The position numbers and the translations under genes were made by a program. A stretch of DNA of 64,000 nucleotides from Selaginella moellendorffii. Lineage: Eukaryota > Plantae > Lycopodiophyta. Shown here one piece after another: positions 50,300-63,171 of the stretch. The first letter of the stretch is position 1, and the number at the start of each line of letters is the position of its first letter. The notes beneath the pieces are model-generated. The model searched no databases. It had not been told where the DNA came from and was given only the letters and a program-made list of their open reading frames with translations. The DNA lies in contig NW_003314276.1 of assembly GCF_000143415.4 (NCBI RefSeq), positions 1,464,696-1,528,695 on the forward strand, read 5' to 3'.

Positions 50300-52000
50300 T
50301 AGCTAATGCAAGATATAATGAGACAAGAACTCTTTATTGGGCTAAGTATGCTTAGTTAATAGCATATAGAAATTCTGTCCTTATATTCGTCCAGTCTAAG
50401 TACATTCAAAATGCCCAATTAACTCCATTAGCACAAGAAGGATTAATAAAAGGTCTAACAATACTAACCTTTTGCCATTATAATAGTAATAAAAGAATAT
50501 TTGAAAGGACTAGATAACAAATAACTTTCAATACCCACAATTACATTTGCAATACATCCTCAATCTCTTGAAAGGAAGCTTGGGCATATTTTAAAACTGT
50601 TATACCAGTGTGTGCATTTATAAAGGGCTTTGTATCCCATGCTTGAAGTAACTCCTTAGTAGCTATAATATTTTAAGTAATATAAAGCTTCTTCTTCATC
50701 ACATTCTCAAGCTTGCTCTTCAATTTCTTTTCATTATTACGATACCAAGTTTTGAGAAGCTCCAAGCAAAAAGCTTATTCATTGAAGGAGAGTTTGCTTT
50801 TTGCAATGTTATAAATCAATTTTTCATGTGCTTTTCCATATCTTGCAAGTATAAAGATTTCAAAGTGGAATGAGAAAGATAAAAAGTTTATTGCCATGAG
50901 AGCATATCTCCATAATGTAATCCAACCAATCTTGATTGTATTGAATAATTGCAAATTGACCTTTGACTTCTTCAAACTCAAAATGCACTACTCAATCTGT
51001 CATAGTTCAGGGTTCTTTTTTCCTTCATCAACCATTTGCATAATTTTCAAATACAAGTTTTGCTTTACCTTAACAATTAGGTAAAAAGAAAAATTATAAA
51101 TAGAAAAATATAAGTTTATGCAAGAGAAATACCTTTGCTCAGACATCAACCAAAAAATCCATAAGCATCTAATACTAGATAAACAACTCCTTGCATTTAC
51201 ATACGACAAGTTTTGCTTATACTACTTCGATAACCTTGCAACTTTGATTTTTGAGAGAGAGAGAACATGTCAACATATTAAAGGTGCTTAATCTTATAGA
51301 TTAGGAAATACACTTGAAATGCAAACTAGTTAAGCTTGTAATATAATTGGTGAGATCAAAAGCTATTAATGAATTTTTACATGTTGATTTTATGACAAGC
51401 TAAATTAAACCTCATAGCTTAGTTCAATCCTTTAGTTCCATAAATACCACTAGAACAGAAATATATCACTTATAATTATCTTGAAAGTTTTCTTGAATAC
51501 ACCTCGAAAGCACTAACCACTAGTGGTTTTCATTGATAATGTAGAACATTCAGTCTACAAAGGCTTTTATCTTTTTATGATACACCATCAAAGCATCAAA
51601 CACTTGAAATTTCATTTGCTAAATTGATCCCAAGTTTGCTTGATCTCTCAAGTAACTATGTTTATACAATTAGTTTATAAGAATGATAATGATAAAGCCA
51701 TAAATTTTTTTTTTCCAATTTGCTAGTTTACTTCATATATTCAACCACCTCCACCTTAGCTTTAGTTAATAAATGATTCAACCATGTGCCTAAATTCAAC
51801 TTCTGTGAAAGAGGTATAAATAGCCATGTTGAGGCTATAGGCCAAATGCACCTAATGACTTTGTTTGAGATGACAAAGTGGAATTTTAAATTTTTGAAGT
51901 CCTCTTTAAGCCATTTCACCTACACTTTATTGATAATTCATTTTTGAGCTTAGACAATAATATTGTGTACAATCATATTAACCTTTACCATACTTAAAGC
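50300..52000 (-). mobile_element. AT-rich decayed sequence, possibly hAT-like transposase remnant
   Basis: Fragments such as EVEFRHMVE and a DG..K.FV-like stretch; no long ORF; very weak. Confidence 0.25.
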
Positions 52001-52074
52001 CTAGCCTTCAACTATTATTTTATTTCCATCACTTATATCACCACTTATATGTCCTATCTTATTTCCATCATTTC

Positions 52075-52180
52075 TAGCATTAGTAGCTAATTCTACTTGA
52101 TGATTACTATCGATAGCTATAATCATTTTTAGCATTAGTAGCTAATTCTACTTGATGATTACTATCGATAGCTATAATCA
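52075..52180. repeat. Perfect tandem duplication, 55-bp period (51-bp identical unit)
   Basis: tagcattagtagctaattctacttgatgattactatcgatagctataatca occurs twice. Confidence 0.95.
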
Positions 52181-52429
52181 ACTCCTTCATTCCCAAGACT
52201 TTCAACATCAAGGTTAGCAACTACTCCATTCATGTGAATGTTGTGTCAGTCAAAAGAGTGTTGTCAAGAGTGGCTAGTGCAAGTGAAGTTTCACATTTTT
52301 TTTATGAAGTGCTAGTTATAACATGCTTAACTTAATTCACTCTAGCATATTTGGCTCTATATAAATCAAAATGCTATAGAAGCAAACACCAAATTGCATA
52401 AGTGGCTTAGATGGTCTTTGATGTAAATA

Positions 52430-52890
52430 ATGCAATTATTGTAAAGTGATTAAATTAATAGTATATATCATCTCTAGAATTTTTATAAAAGAAATTTGGT
52501 TGGTCTCGAGGATTAGCAACAAAAGAAGGACAAGCTATATCACATGCTATGAATACTACTAAAGGAGGAGGAAGTTGTTGCAAAAGAGGCTTTAAAATGA
52601 ACATAAATGATAAATAAAAAAGAAAAAATGCAATCCTAAATATTAGATAGCATCTTTTATCCATTATTCTCTAAAAACCTTGTTCCTTGGGCTTTATCTA
52701 ATAGAAAGCTATAAGAACAAAATAAATCTAGACAATGTAAAAGCTAAAATCATAAATCTAAACACTCCTTAGGAATAATTAAAATTACCTCTAAACACAA
52801 GTATATAGAATACATAAATAGGATTGAAATAAATCTAACAACTATCAAAATCCTTTTATGCTAATAATATTATACAATATTGTAATTATT
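52430..52890 (-). mobile_element. Gypsy family A: older decayed leader and LTR remnant
   Basis: attgtaaagtgat..., gaggattagcaacaaaag, aacactccttaggaataatt resemble 1115-1480; tail resembles the reversed LTR. Confidence 0.6.
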
Positions 52891-52909
52891 TATTTAACAA
52901 TTTTTCCAT

Positions 52910-55900
52910 TATGAGTGCATGGAATACAGAAAGGGAATACATAAAATGTGCATCTCAATTAGCCCAAAAACCCTAGTTTATATATAGGAGTGTGGTTTGG
53001 ATTGGTGGATCTGTAAGTGGTACCAATTATTCTTGATCCCTTTGTACGAATTATTTCAACTGCTGTATATGCACAATTTTTGGAGGATTAGCTTGCTAGA
53101 CATTATGCCGAACTTCATAAATTTGTGGTCCAACTTGCCACAACACCTTATATGGTCCTTTCCATTAAGTAAAGAACTCCTTAGATAAACCATATACCAT
53201 AAGATGGGGAAAATGAACTAACACCAAGTCAGAACTAACACCAAGTCATCCATTTTGTACTCCACAGGTGGATGATGATAGGAATTGTAGCACCATTATG
53301 TAAATTCTTGAGTTTAGACTTCCCGGGAGGTCACCTAACTTAATACTATTCAAACCCAAGGACGCTTAACACTAAATATCCCAAGACCCTTAACCGATTG
53401 GAAAAGGGGGTACACTCTTATTTATGGGCCTTTTTCCCTCTATATTTGAACCCCATGGATCGTCTTTCGAGTCGTTCTCTTTAGTTGCTTACACATTATT
53501 GTCTCACTTGTATGCGGCTTAGATGTTTGGTAAACTTTGCCCAGACAAGTGGAAGAATGCTCATTAAATACTATATGCAACCTAGCATTAGAAGCTTATA
53601 GTAATTGTGAAGTTAAACCTAACTCTATTGGTAATATTGGATCATGATGATATAGGAGTTTATATGGTGAAGCACTAACAAAGCTTTGCATCCTTATGAC
53701 ATATGTATATAAAGAGATAACAAATAACCATCTCAATCTGAATGCTAAAAATTCACGTACTTCGCAATCATCCCTTTAATAAACCATTCCACTAAACTGT
53801 TTGATTATGGATGATAAACACTCATGAAAGTGTTGCGTATCCCTAACCAAGACGTCAAAACATGAAATGACTCAGTCATAAATGCAAGACTATTATTTGA
53901 AAGGATTTTCTCTAGACAAAAATATTGGAACACCACTCGATTGAGGAGGATGTATTCAACAGTAGTTGTAAAGGCACTAGTAAGAGCACTAACTTCCACC
54001 TAGCGAGTTAAGTAGTCAAATGCAATAATAACATATTCATTGCTAGTAGCCTATCATGGGAAAGGTCCCATAAAATCAAACACCACCAACTCAAAAAGAT
54101 GGAAAACTAGAATTGATTTGAACTGTCCTTCCACAGCACGAGGGGGAGTATTACAAGCTTGGCACCAAACGTAACTATGCATATATCGAATAATATCATA
54201 TCTCATCTTTGGCCAATAGAAAGATTAGTGCAACTTCTCGATCATATGATGATATCCTACATGCCTACCTAGAACACGAGAATCATGGTAGGCATGGAGA
54301 AACTATGCAATAAAGATTGAAGGCACCACTAGCTGTAAATGATCATCAGAATCCGTCCTTACAAAATAAAGAAGGCAATCTTCAAGGCGATATTGAGAAT
54401 GTAAATGTTGGAATGGTAAATCATCAACAAGTGATGTAAGATTCTTAAACCCATTTTAAAGCTTTCGAATCCATAGCTCAATCAACCTTATCAAAAGAAG
54501 GTAAATCGTGCTCTACACCTTGTGGATATTGAACTTTAAATACATCAACCGCCGATGGCATAGAATCCTCTTTTAGAAAATCTACAGATGCTAGAATAAT
54601 AAGCTTACCAAAAATATGAGAAAAGAGTGAAGAAGAAAGAGGAACTCAAAAAAAGGCATTACCATCAACCATAGAACTTAATAAGTGATGAACAACATCA
54701 AAATCATATATTTAAAGCTTCAAAGCCCACTGAGTAGTATGACCAACCATGTTCTTCGACTTTAGTAATGTAGTAATAGTAGTATAATCACCTTTTAGTA
54801 ATATTCGAAAACCATGTAGATATATATGAAGTTTCTCAAAACCCCAAACTGCTGCTAAACACTATTTCTCTATTGCGGAGTAGTTCGCCTTCATTAGGTG
54901 TAATGTATGGCTAATATATACAATAGAATGGCACTAACCAGGCACATTCGGGCTCTTTTGCATCAACACACCTCCAAGATTAATATCAAAAGCTTCTATG
55001 CGCAAAATAAAAGGTCGAGTGTAGTCAAGATACGCCAAAATTGGAGGAATCGTCAATAACTCTTTGAGATCCATGAACACCTACTCACAGTCTGCATATT
55101 AAATGAAAGATGACATTGATAATTTCAGCATTGATAATAGGGGGTTCCAAATGTAGGTAGGTCGAGCATGGCTAACTAACCTAAGATATAATTTAGTTCC
55201 CACTTGCATGTTTGTCTTTGTTCTACGTTCAGCTTAGGTTTAAGCCCAAGCTCCACACCATGCTAGTTGGTGGAGTACCCATATCCTCGTGTTAAACCAC
55301 TGATATACTGAAATAGCATTAGACTCTGTTTAGCTTCGTTTTGTGTGCTAGTTTTGGCATTAGGATGTTAAATGTTTTAGGACTATTCCAAATCGCTCTA
55401 TGCTCCTATCCCTTCGCTCCTTGTGCTGAATGCTTGGGACTCATTCTGTGCTCTAGAGCCATTACTCTTTGGTTTCATGCTTGGGAATTTGGTACCATTC
55501 CTTTGTTTAGTGGCCCAAGGCTTTGAAACTCGATTTATGTTCCACTTCATGGTTATCCTATAGTAAATCACCATAGGATAAACCACATGCACTACAAATG
55601 ATTAAGCCAATGATATATCATCCCCAAAATTCGCATGAAAGAACTTTGGTTAAACATGAGGATTGGCATTAAAAGCAAGAGGAGCTGTACCACATACTGT
55701 GAATGCTGTCATCAATTAAGTTTAGTTGTTCAACTAAATCGCATAATATTGAGCAATTACACCAATTATTGCTCTAAAGTCAAAGGAGGAAAAGACTGTT
55801 ACTCTACCATAAAGAAGAATGAAAATGAAAGGGCAAAAGAAATGAAATGAAAAAATTAAAAGGAAAGGGAAATTTAGACAATGCAAAAGTTAAATTTAAA

Positions 55901-56199
55901 CCAAAATCTTGAAAGGAAAGAACAAAAGAAAGGAAATGAAAAAAAACAATGCAAAATTTAAACCAAAATCCTAAATTTAAGCACTCTTTAGGGACAATTA
56001 AAGGTGCCTCTCATTTCCATTAATGTAAGTGTATGGAATATAGAAAGGGAATATAATAAATGTACATCTTAATTAGCCAAAAAACTTTAATTTATATACA
56101 AGAGTGAGTGATTTAGATTTAAATCAATTTGACAGCTATTAAAATTTCATTATGTTAATATTAGTATATGGCATCTTAACTGTACACTTGGACCTCACA
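52910..56199 (-). mobile_element. Gypsy family A internally deleted element with 5' LTR (56024-56199), truncated 3' LTR (52910-~53005) and 4-bp TSD CCAT
   Basis: 53000-55130 is reverse-complement homologous to 1770-3690; CCAT at 52906-52909 and 56200-56203; protease and most RT not recognisable. Confidence 0.88.
53299..53493 (-). mobile_element. Cassandra-like (5S rRNA-containing TRIM) solo LTR
   Basis: TGTAA...TTACA termini; 5-bp TSD CATTA; minus strand 53370-53317 reads GTTAAGCGTCCTTGGGTTTGAATAGTATTAAGTTAGGTGACCTCCCGGGAAGTC, like the 5S internal control region; absent from the paralogous host copies. Confidence 0.9.
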
Positions 56200-56473
56200 C
56201 CATTAATTTATCCTTTTTTGTTTTTAAAAAAAATCCTAGAATATCCTTTTTAAAGGAGATAAGTTTAGATACGAGAATATGCCTTAGACCACGTCACTTC
56301 CACCTCTAATCCCCGTCATTTTTGTACGACTCCGGGTTGAACGAATATACTTTGGTGCTCTCTCGGATGTCATCTTCACAGCCTCGCCTCATCCTGTCGC
56401 CAGCAAATAGAGACTTCCTTCGTCTAAAGCCCTCGTGTTATCGCGTCTCTCCGAGTAGGGTACCGCGGGGGCG

Positions 56474-59400
56474 ATGGATCGGTGGGCTATGGCGCCGGCA
56501 ATGCTGATCGCCGCCACAGGGTTCTGCTCGATCTTCTTATTTCGATGCGTTACCGCGCAGCAAACTAATGTCACCGATCCGAGAGAAGGTAAGCGCGAGC
56601 TCTGTATTTCGAGGATTTCCTTCCCATTCTGGTCGATTTCGATTTCTCCGCACAGTGAGCGCACTCAGGGCACTGGGCACCTCGATTGGCCTCTCCCCGC
56701 CGTGGGATTTCAGCGTGGATCCTTGTAGCGGTGCCGCGGGATGGGGTGAGGATACCGGCACGAATCAGTTCCGGAGGCGCAGCGCGATTCAATGCGATTG
56801 CTCCATTGGAAGTGACGGTGTCTGTCACGTAACTAGGATGTGAGTATAGTAGCGTTTCTTTTGTGTTTTTGATAGCTTTGCTGGTTTCTCTGATATATCT
56901 TCCAGAGCGATCGTAAGCATGAACGTGAGAGGCCAGATTCCTCCAGAGATTGGAAACTTTCCCTACATGAATGACTTGTAAGGAGTAAGGATCTTGCATC
57001 GGGCTTTGCTAACGCTTCTTTTTGACAGGAATTTCCAAGCCAACCTGATAACCGGTGTGATCCCAGATGAGATCGGTTTACTCTCCAACATGGAACATTT
57101 GTAAGTTTCGCAGCAGTTTCTACGTTTCCATCTCTTTTTGACCTTTGCTATGTAGAACTGTCGCATCGAATAGACTTTCGGGGCCTATTCCAGGAACCAT
57201 GGGAAATCTCACTCGACTGTTGACACTGTAAGTCAAATTTAAAGTAGCCAGTTGGATTCTAATAAAAAGCTTTGTTTCTTTTTCAGGAGTCTTGCTGTCA
57301 ACAATTTTTCAGGAACTCTTCCGCAGGAAATTGGTAACCTGTCTTCACTGACCGAGCTGTAAGTTCTTGCATTCATTTTCATGTCGACAACCAACTTGAT
57401 TAGAACTGAAGGTACTTAGACTCTACTGGTCTAGGCGGGGAGCTCCCACCAGCCTTGAGAAATTTGCGAAGGCTCCAGACACTGTAAGCTTCTTAAGTCG
57501 GTGTGATGTTTACTTGTTTTCTTGGAACCAGAAATATTTTCGACAACAACTTCAATGGCTCGATACCGGACTTCCTTGCAAACATGTCTAGTCTCCAAGT
57601 TTTGTAAGTGCAATAAATTCATTCTTACAAGTTTATGTAAATGCGGCTGCTTTGACAGAGCTATGTATGGGAACAAATTCACTGGTCCGCTTCCTGCATC
57701 TCTTGCCAATCTTACAAACCTGAGAGAATTGTAAGTCTGTGAAAGTCTTCTTGAATTTCTAAATAGCTTATTACATAGAGAACTGGGAGAAGTGTCAGCT
57801 GGAGGCTCAATACCACCTAGCTACAATCGTTTGACTTCTCTAACAAAACTGTGAGTCGCCAGCCATGAATCTTTCTTCTTTTAGCAGTTAGCATTTACTT
57901 TGGCTGTTATGCACCAGGTCCTTAAGGAACTGTCAGCTATCTGGTTTCATACCTGACCTGGGAAATCTTACCCAGCTCACACACTTGTAAGCTTTCAGGA
58001 AGGTGTACAACTTGTAAGATGTATCTAACGAACGGTGTTATTGCAGGGATTTGAGTTTCAACAATCTGTCTGGGACAATTCCAGCATACTTAGCATCTAT
58101 TGATAGTCTTAGCAGACTGTAAGTTTTTTCTTCTTGTTTTAAATCTAAAGGGAACCCGAGCATTTTCAGTTTCTTGGGAAGCAACAATCTAACTGGAGGC
58201 CTTCCGAACCAGCTATCGAGGATCGTCGACTTGTACGTAGACTGCAAAATCGTTCTCCTCTTCTAACCAAGTACATATTTGCATATACAGAGATGTATCG
58301 TTCAACAGGCTCACTGGACCTTTTTCTCAAATGAGCGAGTATGTGTTTTTTCTTTGCAACATGCTATTAATTTTTCTAAACGTGCACAGGAATGCTACCA
58401 TTATTGGCAATCAGTTCCAAGTTAATAGAACTCAAGGGTAAGGTTCTCTTCCTGTTTCAAGAAGGTTCATCTCACCATGTTCTCGTTGCAGACAAAATGT
58501 GAATGCTGCTACATGTATACAGGATATAGCAAACTGCGGCAATGTGAACCAAAGAAACAGTTGAGTGATATTTGCTGCATAAAGTCTTCGATTTCGATTG
58601 ATTTAGACATATTTCCTTCTCAGATTTTCAATTCGCCATCAACTGTGGTGGGCCTCAGATCACTTCAGATGGGACAGATTTTAACGCAGACATGCAAAGT
58701 TCTTTGGACGGGGACTTCTATTCAACGGGAGGATGGGTAACTAGCAGCTCTGGTTTTGCGGAATCCTTTCAAGATAACCCCACTTGGTTTCAAAGCATAG
58801 AAGGCTCGGCTGGTCAGCAGGCTGTACTGTATCAAACCGCCAGAACTGCGCCAACATCTTTGAGGTACCTCGGAGTTGGGATGCGAAGTGGCTCATACAC
58901 AGTACACCTCCACTTTGCAGAGATTATCATCGGCACTGGCCAGGATGGGCCAGGAGTGGGTAGACGGTATTTTGACGTCTTTATCCAGGGGGACAGGAAG
59001 CTCAAAGATTTCAACATAAGGGAAGAAGCCAATGGGTCTCTTAGAGCTTTGACAAGGAGCTTCACTGCCGTTAATGTATCTAACGGCGTTCTCGACATTC
59101 ATCTTCTTTGGATGGGTAAAGGAACTTGTTGTGCTCCATTCAGATCTTTTGGTCCTCTGATATCCGCAATCCAAGTTCTACCTGGTAAGTGTTAGATACT
59201 ACTGAACTTTGTCATCGTTCTAAACTTGCGTTTAACAGAATTTGAAACTGGTGGCGCGAGTCAGAGCGAAAACAGTTCCAGAGGCGTAAAAATAGGTGTT
59301 GGAATCTCCGTGCCACTCCTGGTGCTCTTTGTGGTTTCCGGTTATTTGTTGTGGAGGAAACGACACAGAAAGAACTTAGAGAACGACGATGAAGGTCACT

Positions 59401-60755
59401 TTTTTGTTAATGTTTTTGCGGATTATTCATACTAATGTTCTGTGTGATGCAGAGCTCAAACTTCTAGACGGAAAGCTGCATATGTTTTCTTACAATGAAA
59501 TAAAAAACGCTACGGCAGGATTTGACCCCGCGAGATTGTTGGGAAAAGGAGCATTTGGCAAGGTCTACAAGGTAAAGTTTTCTTTATGCAGAAAGTGAAA
59601 AAAGCTAAAGTGTTTGGACTTTCAGGGGGTATTATCTGATGGTACGTTAGTAGCGATCAAGCAGCTTAATAAGATGAGCGACAACACGGGCGATTTCGTG
59701 AACGAGGCCACACTTATCTCCACAGTGCAGCATCGCAATCTAGTCAAGCTCTATGGATGCTGCACCGAAGGAAACAATTGGATTCTTGTTTTCGAGTTTA
59801 TGGAAAACAACAATCTGCATCAGGCGCTCTTGAGTAAGTACTTTAATCTAGTGCTTCCCTCATGCTCCATGTATTCTGTAGGTTCCTCGGGGCGAAATAT
59901 ACACCTCAGCTGGCCAACTCGCTTCAACATATGCATTGGAGTCGCAAGAGGGCTCGCCTACTTGCACGAGGAGTCATCACCGCGTATTATACATCGAGAC
60001 ATCAAAGCTACGAATGTACTTTTGGATCAAGCTCTGGTGGCAAAGATAGCGGACTTTGGTTTGGCAAGGCTCTTCGAAGATCATCAGTCTCACATCAGTA
60101 CGAGGGTTGCCGGAACAATGTGAGAGCTCAACTTGTAAGTGCTTGAGTTGATCTTCTCCGATTCTTCTTTCAGGGGATACCTGGCTCCAGAATACGCCCT
60201 GAGAGGCCAGCTGACCGAGAAGGCAGATGTCTACAGCTATGGAGTTTTGGCACTAGAAATCGTGAGCGGAAGAACCAATCTGGACACCACCAGTGAACAC
60301 ATGACCCATCTTCTTGATCACGTACGTATAAGATCGACGAAATGTTCTACTTCTTAACTGCCGTCGATGATCAGGCATGGGATCTGTACCAAAATGATAA
60401 GCTACTAGAGCTCCTGGACAAGAGAGCGGATGATGCGGACGAAGAACAAGTTCTAAGAACGATCAAGGTGGCGCTTCTTTGCACCCAAGCGACAGCATCA
60501 CAGCGTCCAGCAATGTCCAAAGTTGTGGCGATGCTCACCGGCAGCGAGGAGGTGAAGGTGAGCTCCTTGCTCCCGGGATACTTCAGCGCCATGGACATGG
60601 TTCCGCGGATGCGAGAGCTGCTAAGCAAAGACCGAGAGAGCCGAGAGAGCCGATCGAGCAAAGATCCTAGCAGCAGTGCAAGCAGCAGCGCGATCGGGAC
60701 TGACTCGCCATGGAGAGGATCTTCCTCGGCAAACAACAATATACTTCCAAGGTAG
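56474..60755 (+). CDS. LRR-malectin receptor-like Ser/Thr kinase (LRR-VIII-2, At1g56130-like)
   Basis: Signal peptide, DPC..IQCDC, ~72-nt LRR exons, malectin [29 protein letters not shown] segment, kinase [12 protein letters not shown] / DFG / GYLAPEY. Confidence 0.96.
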
Positions 60756-60940
60756 AGTCTCCATCTCTCGAGTTTTTAGCTTCCAGGATGATGCCAAGGA
60801 CTTTACAATAGTACTCCAAGTTTTGAGCTTCCAGGACGATGCAAAATACTTCCACATATCTCTAGAGTTTTGATTACAACAGTATACTTCCAATGTAGAG
60901 TGGAAACAAGCTCCATATATCTCTCGAATTTTGAGCTTTA
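60738..60940. repeat. Imperfect ~50-bp repeats at the RLK stop and 3' UTR
   Basis: gtttt(t/g)agcttccagga(t/c)gatgc twice; tatacttccaa(g/t)gtagagt twice. Confidence 0.6.
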
Positions 60941-61020
60941 TCAGCGAGATACAGCGGTAAACCTAAACTGTATAGCGAAAATGCTGTAGAGTGGCAGGAA
61001 TATGCCTCCAAAGCATCGAT

Positions 61021-61225
61021 TCTTTAACCATTAAATCTCTCGCAAACGACTATCTGTGAAAAAGAAAAGGAAGAAAGATAGATTGATCAGTATGATCGAA
61101 GAGGTTACCTCGTCTAAGTCTTTCAAATGTCTGTAGCTCGCCATTGCCAGCTCCATGGATTTGCTTTCTCGCAAACACGAGTAGACAGCCTCCTAGAAAT
61201 CCAAAACTTAGAAATGTTTTTCCTA
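61021..61225 (-). pseudogene. SNI1 fragment (duplicated exons and intron, with deletions)
   Basis: Near-identical to 47171-47199 joined to 47330-47515. Confidence 0.9.
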
Positions 61226-61383
61226 GCTCTTGCGCGTTTGCAAGCTTCGCATAGCCATGGTCGATCGAGCAGTACGAATGGGCAACGAGTGTGATAGCTT
61301 GATTGAGGCTCGCGAGACCATCGCCCGGGATCAGGGATGAGCTGCTGCAATGGAAGAAATGCCGCCACTTCCACTTCCACTCC

Positions 61384-63171
61384 ATGAGATCCTATTCATC
61401 TCTGGCAGATCCTATCAAGCTCCACTCCCTCCACGACGTGCTCGCGGCCATCGATTCCTGGAAATCCCCTCAAAGCATCGCGACCTACGCCTCTGCCATC
61501 CGACTTTGCGGGAATTCGAGATCGCTCTCCGCCGCCAGGCGAATCCGCGATCACCTCGTTGGAAATGGCTGGGATCGAAACACCTTCCTCGGCAATCTCC
61601 TGGTGGAATTGTTTGGCAAATGCGGCAGCTTGGACGAATCCCGCCGGGCATTCGAGAGAATCGCGACGCCCAACACCTACTCATGGAACATCATGACGGC
61701 AGCCTACACCGGCAATGGGAATCTCCACGATGCCAGGAGGATCTTCGCCCAGATGCCCGACAAAGATATCGTGTCGTGGAACGCGATGATGACCGCATAT
61801 TCCCAGGCGCGGCATTTTCTGCCAGCACTAGACATGTTCGACAAGATGCCGCAGTGGGACGTCTGGTCGTGGAACGCAATTATGAGGGTATATTCTCTGT
61901 CTGGCTCTCTCGACACCGCAAAGAATCTTTTCGACAAGATGCCTCAGCGGACAATCGTGTCTTGGAACACGTTGGTCGCAGAATATGCCCAGAAACGGCA
62001 TCTGGGAGATGCCGTGGGAATGTTTGAGAAGATTCCAATGAGGGATATGGTACTGTGGAATGAGGTTGTCATGGTCTTCCTTGACGTGGGAATGGCGAAC
62101 GAGGCCATCGAGCTCTTGGAGGCAATGCCGCAACGCGATACCGTCTCTTGGAACACGCGAACGAAGGCATTTGTGCAGATTGGAGATCTCGTAAATGCAA
62201 AGAGGTCGTTTGATTCCACTCCAAAGCCGGATTTGGCATCATTTACTACAATGGTGGTGGCGTTTTCGCAGCAGGGGAAGCTCCGAAACGCGAGAGAGAT
62301 GTTCGATCGGATGCCCTGTCGAGACACAGTGGCGTGGACGGCAATGGTCTCGGCTTATGCCCAAAACGGGCATGTCAACAGCGCGAGAAATCTGTTCCAT
62401 GAGATGCCAGAGAAGAACCTGGTGTCGTGGAATGCAATGGTGGCGGCTTACGGACAGAACTGCGATGGAGCTACTGCAGTTCATCTGTTTAGATTGATGG
62501 ATCTGGAGGGTATTCAAGTGGATTCTATAAGTTTGGTGAGTGCTTTGGATGGATGTTCTTCGAAGACAGCTCTGGCCGAAGGGAGAATTCTCCATGCTGC
62601 TGCTGTGGAGCTGGGCTTTGATCAAGATACAACCGTTGCAAACTCGCTAGTTGCAATGTATGCGAGCTGTGGATGCCTTGGTGAAGCTCGCAAGTTGTTT
62701 GATGGAATTCTAGCAAAGAATGTGGTGTCTTGGTCGACCATGGTCGCTGCTTACGCACAGAACAGCAAGACTCATGAAGCACTTCACTTGTTTAGAACTA
62801 TCCCGCTTGAAGGAGTGATGCCGAACGAGGTGACTCTCACAATTGTCTTAAGCCTGTGTAGTCAAACTGGTAAATTACACGATGCAAGGGAGAACTTCAT
62901 ACTTGTGACTGGAGATTTTGGAGTTGAGGCACGAATGGATCACTTCATGTGTATTGTGGATCTTATTGCGAGATCAGGGAGATTAGAAGTGGCAGAGGAG
63001 CTAATAAACAACATGCCATTTGAGGCAGATCCTTTGGCATGGAGGACACTGCTTAGTGCTTGTAGGAATCAAGAGAACTCAAAGCTTGGAGCCCAGATTG
63101 CCGGCCAAGCACTTAATCCAACAATGTCAGATTCAGCTTCTTATGTTCTCTTGTCGAATAGCTTCTGTTGA
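61384..63171 (+). CDS. PLS-class PPR protein with truncated E domain, no DYW (organellar RNA-editing factor type)
   Basis: Repeated MP.RD.VSWN motifs; ends HFMCIVDLIARSGRL..AE..I.NMPF..D.LAWRTLLSAC...SYVLLSN*; reading frame open upstream to 61303 without an ATG. Confidence 0.93.
   Translation: MRSYSSLADPIKLHSLHDVLAAIDSWKSPQSIATYASAIRLCGNSRSLSAARRIRDHLVGNGWDRNTFLGNLLVELFGKCGSLDESRRAFERIATPNTYSWNIMTAAYTGNGNLHDARRIFAQMPDKDIVSWNAMMTAYSQARHFLPALDMFDKMPQWDVWSWNAIMRVYSLSGSLDTAKNLFDKMPQRTIVSWNTLVAEYAQKRHLGDAVGMFEKIPMRDMVLWNEVVMVFLDVGMANEAIELLEAMPQRDTVSWNTRTKAFVQIGDLVNAKRSFDSTPKPDLASFTTMVVAFSQQGKLRNAREMFDRMPCRDTVAWTAMVSAYAQNGHVNSARNLFHEMPEKNLVSWNAMVAAYGQNCDGATAVHLFRLMDLEGIQVDSISLVSALDGCSSKTALAEGRILHAAAVELGFDQDTTVANSLVAMYASCGCLGEARKLFDGILAKNVVSWSTMVAAYAQNSKTHEALHLFRTIPLEGVMPNEVTLTIVLSLCSQTGKLHDARENFILVTGDFGVEARMDHFMCIVDLIARSGRLEVAEELINNMPFEADPLAWRTLLSACRNQENSKLGAQIAGQALNPTMSDSASYVLLSNSFC

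Noticed and set aside
53317-53370. Functional 5S rRNA gene
   Set aside because: Only the central ~54 nt are present, mutated, and embedded in an LTR with TSD
56017-56206. CCATTAA on both sides of the LTR suggesting a solo LTR with a 7-bp TSD
   Set aside because: The left CCATTAA is part of the PBS junction and is also present in the paralog at 1482-1488; the likely TSD is CCAT flanking the whole element
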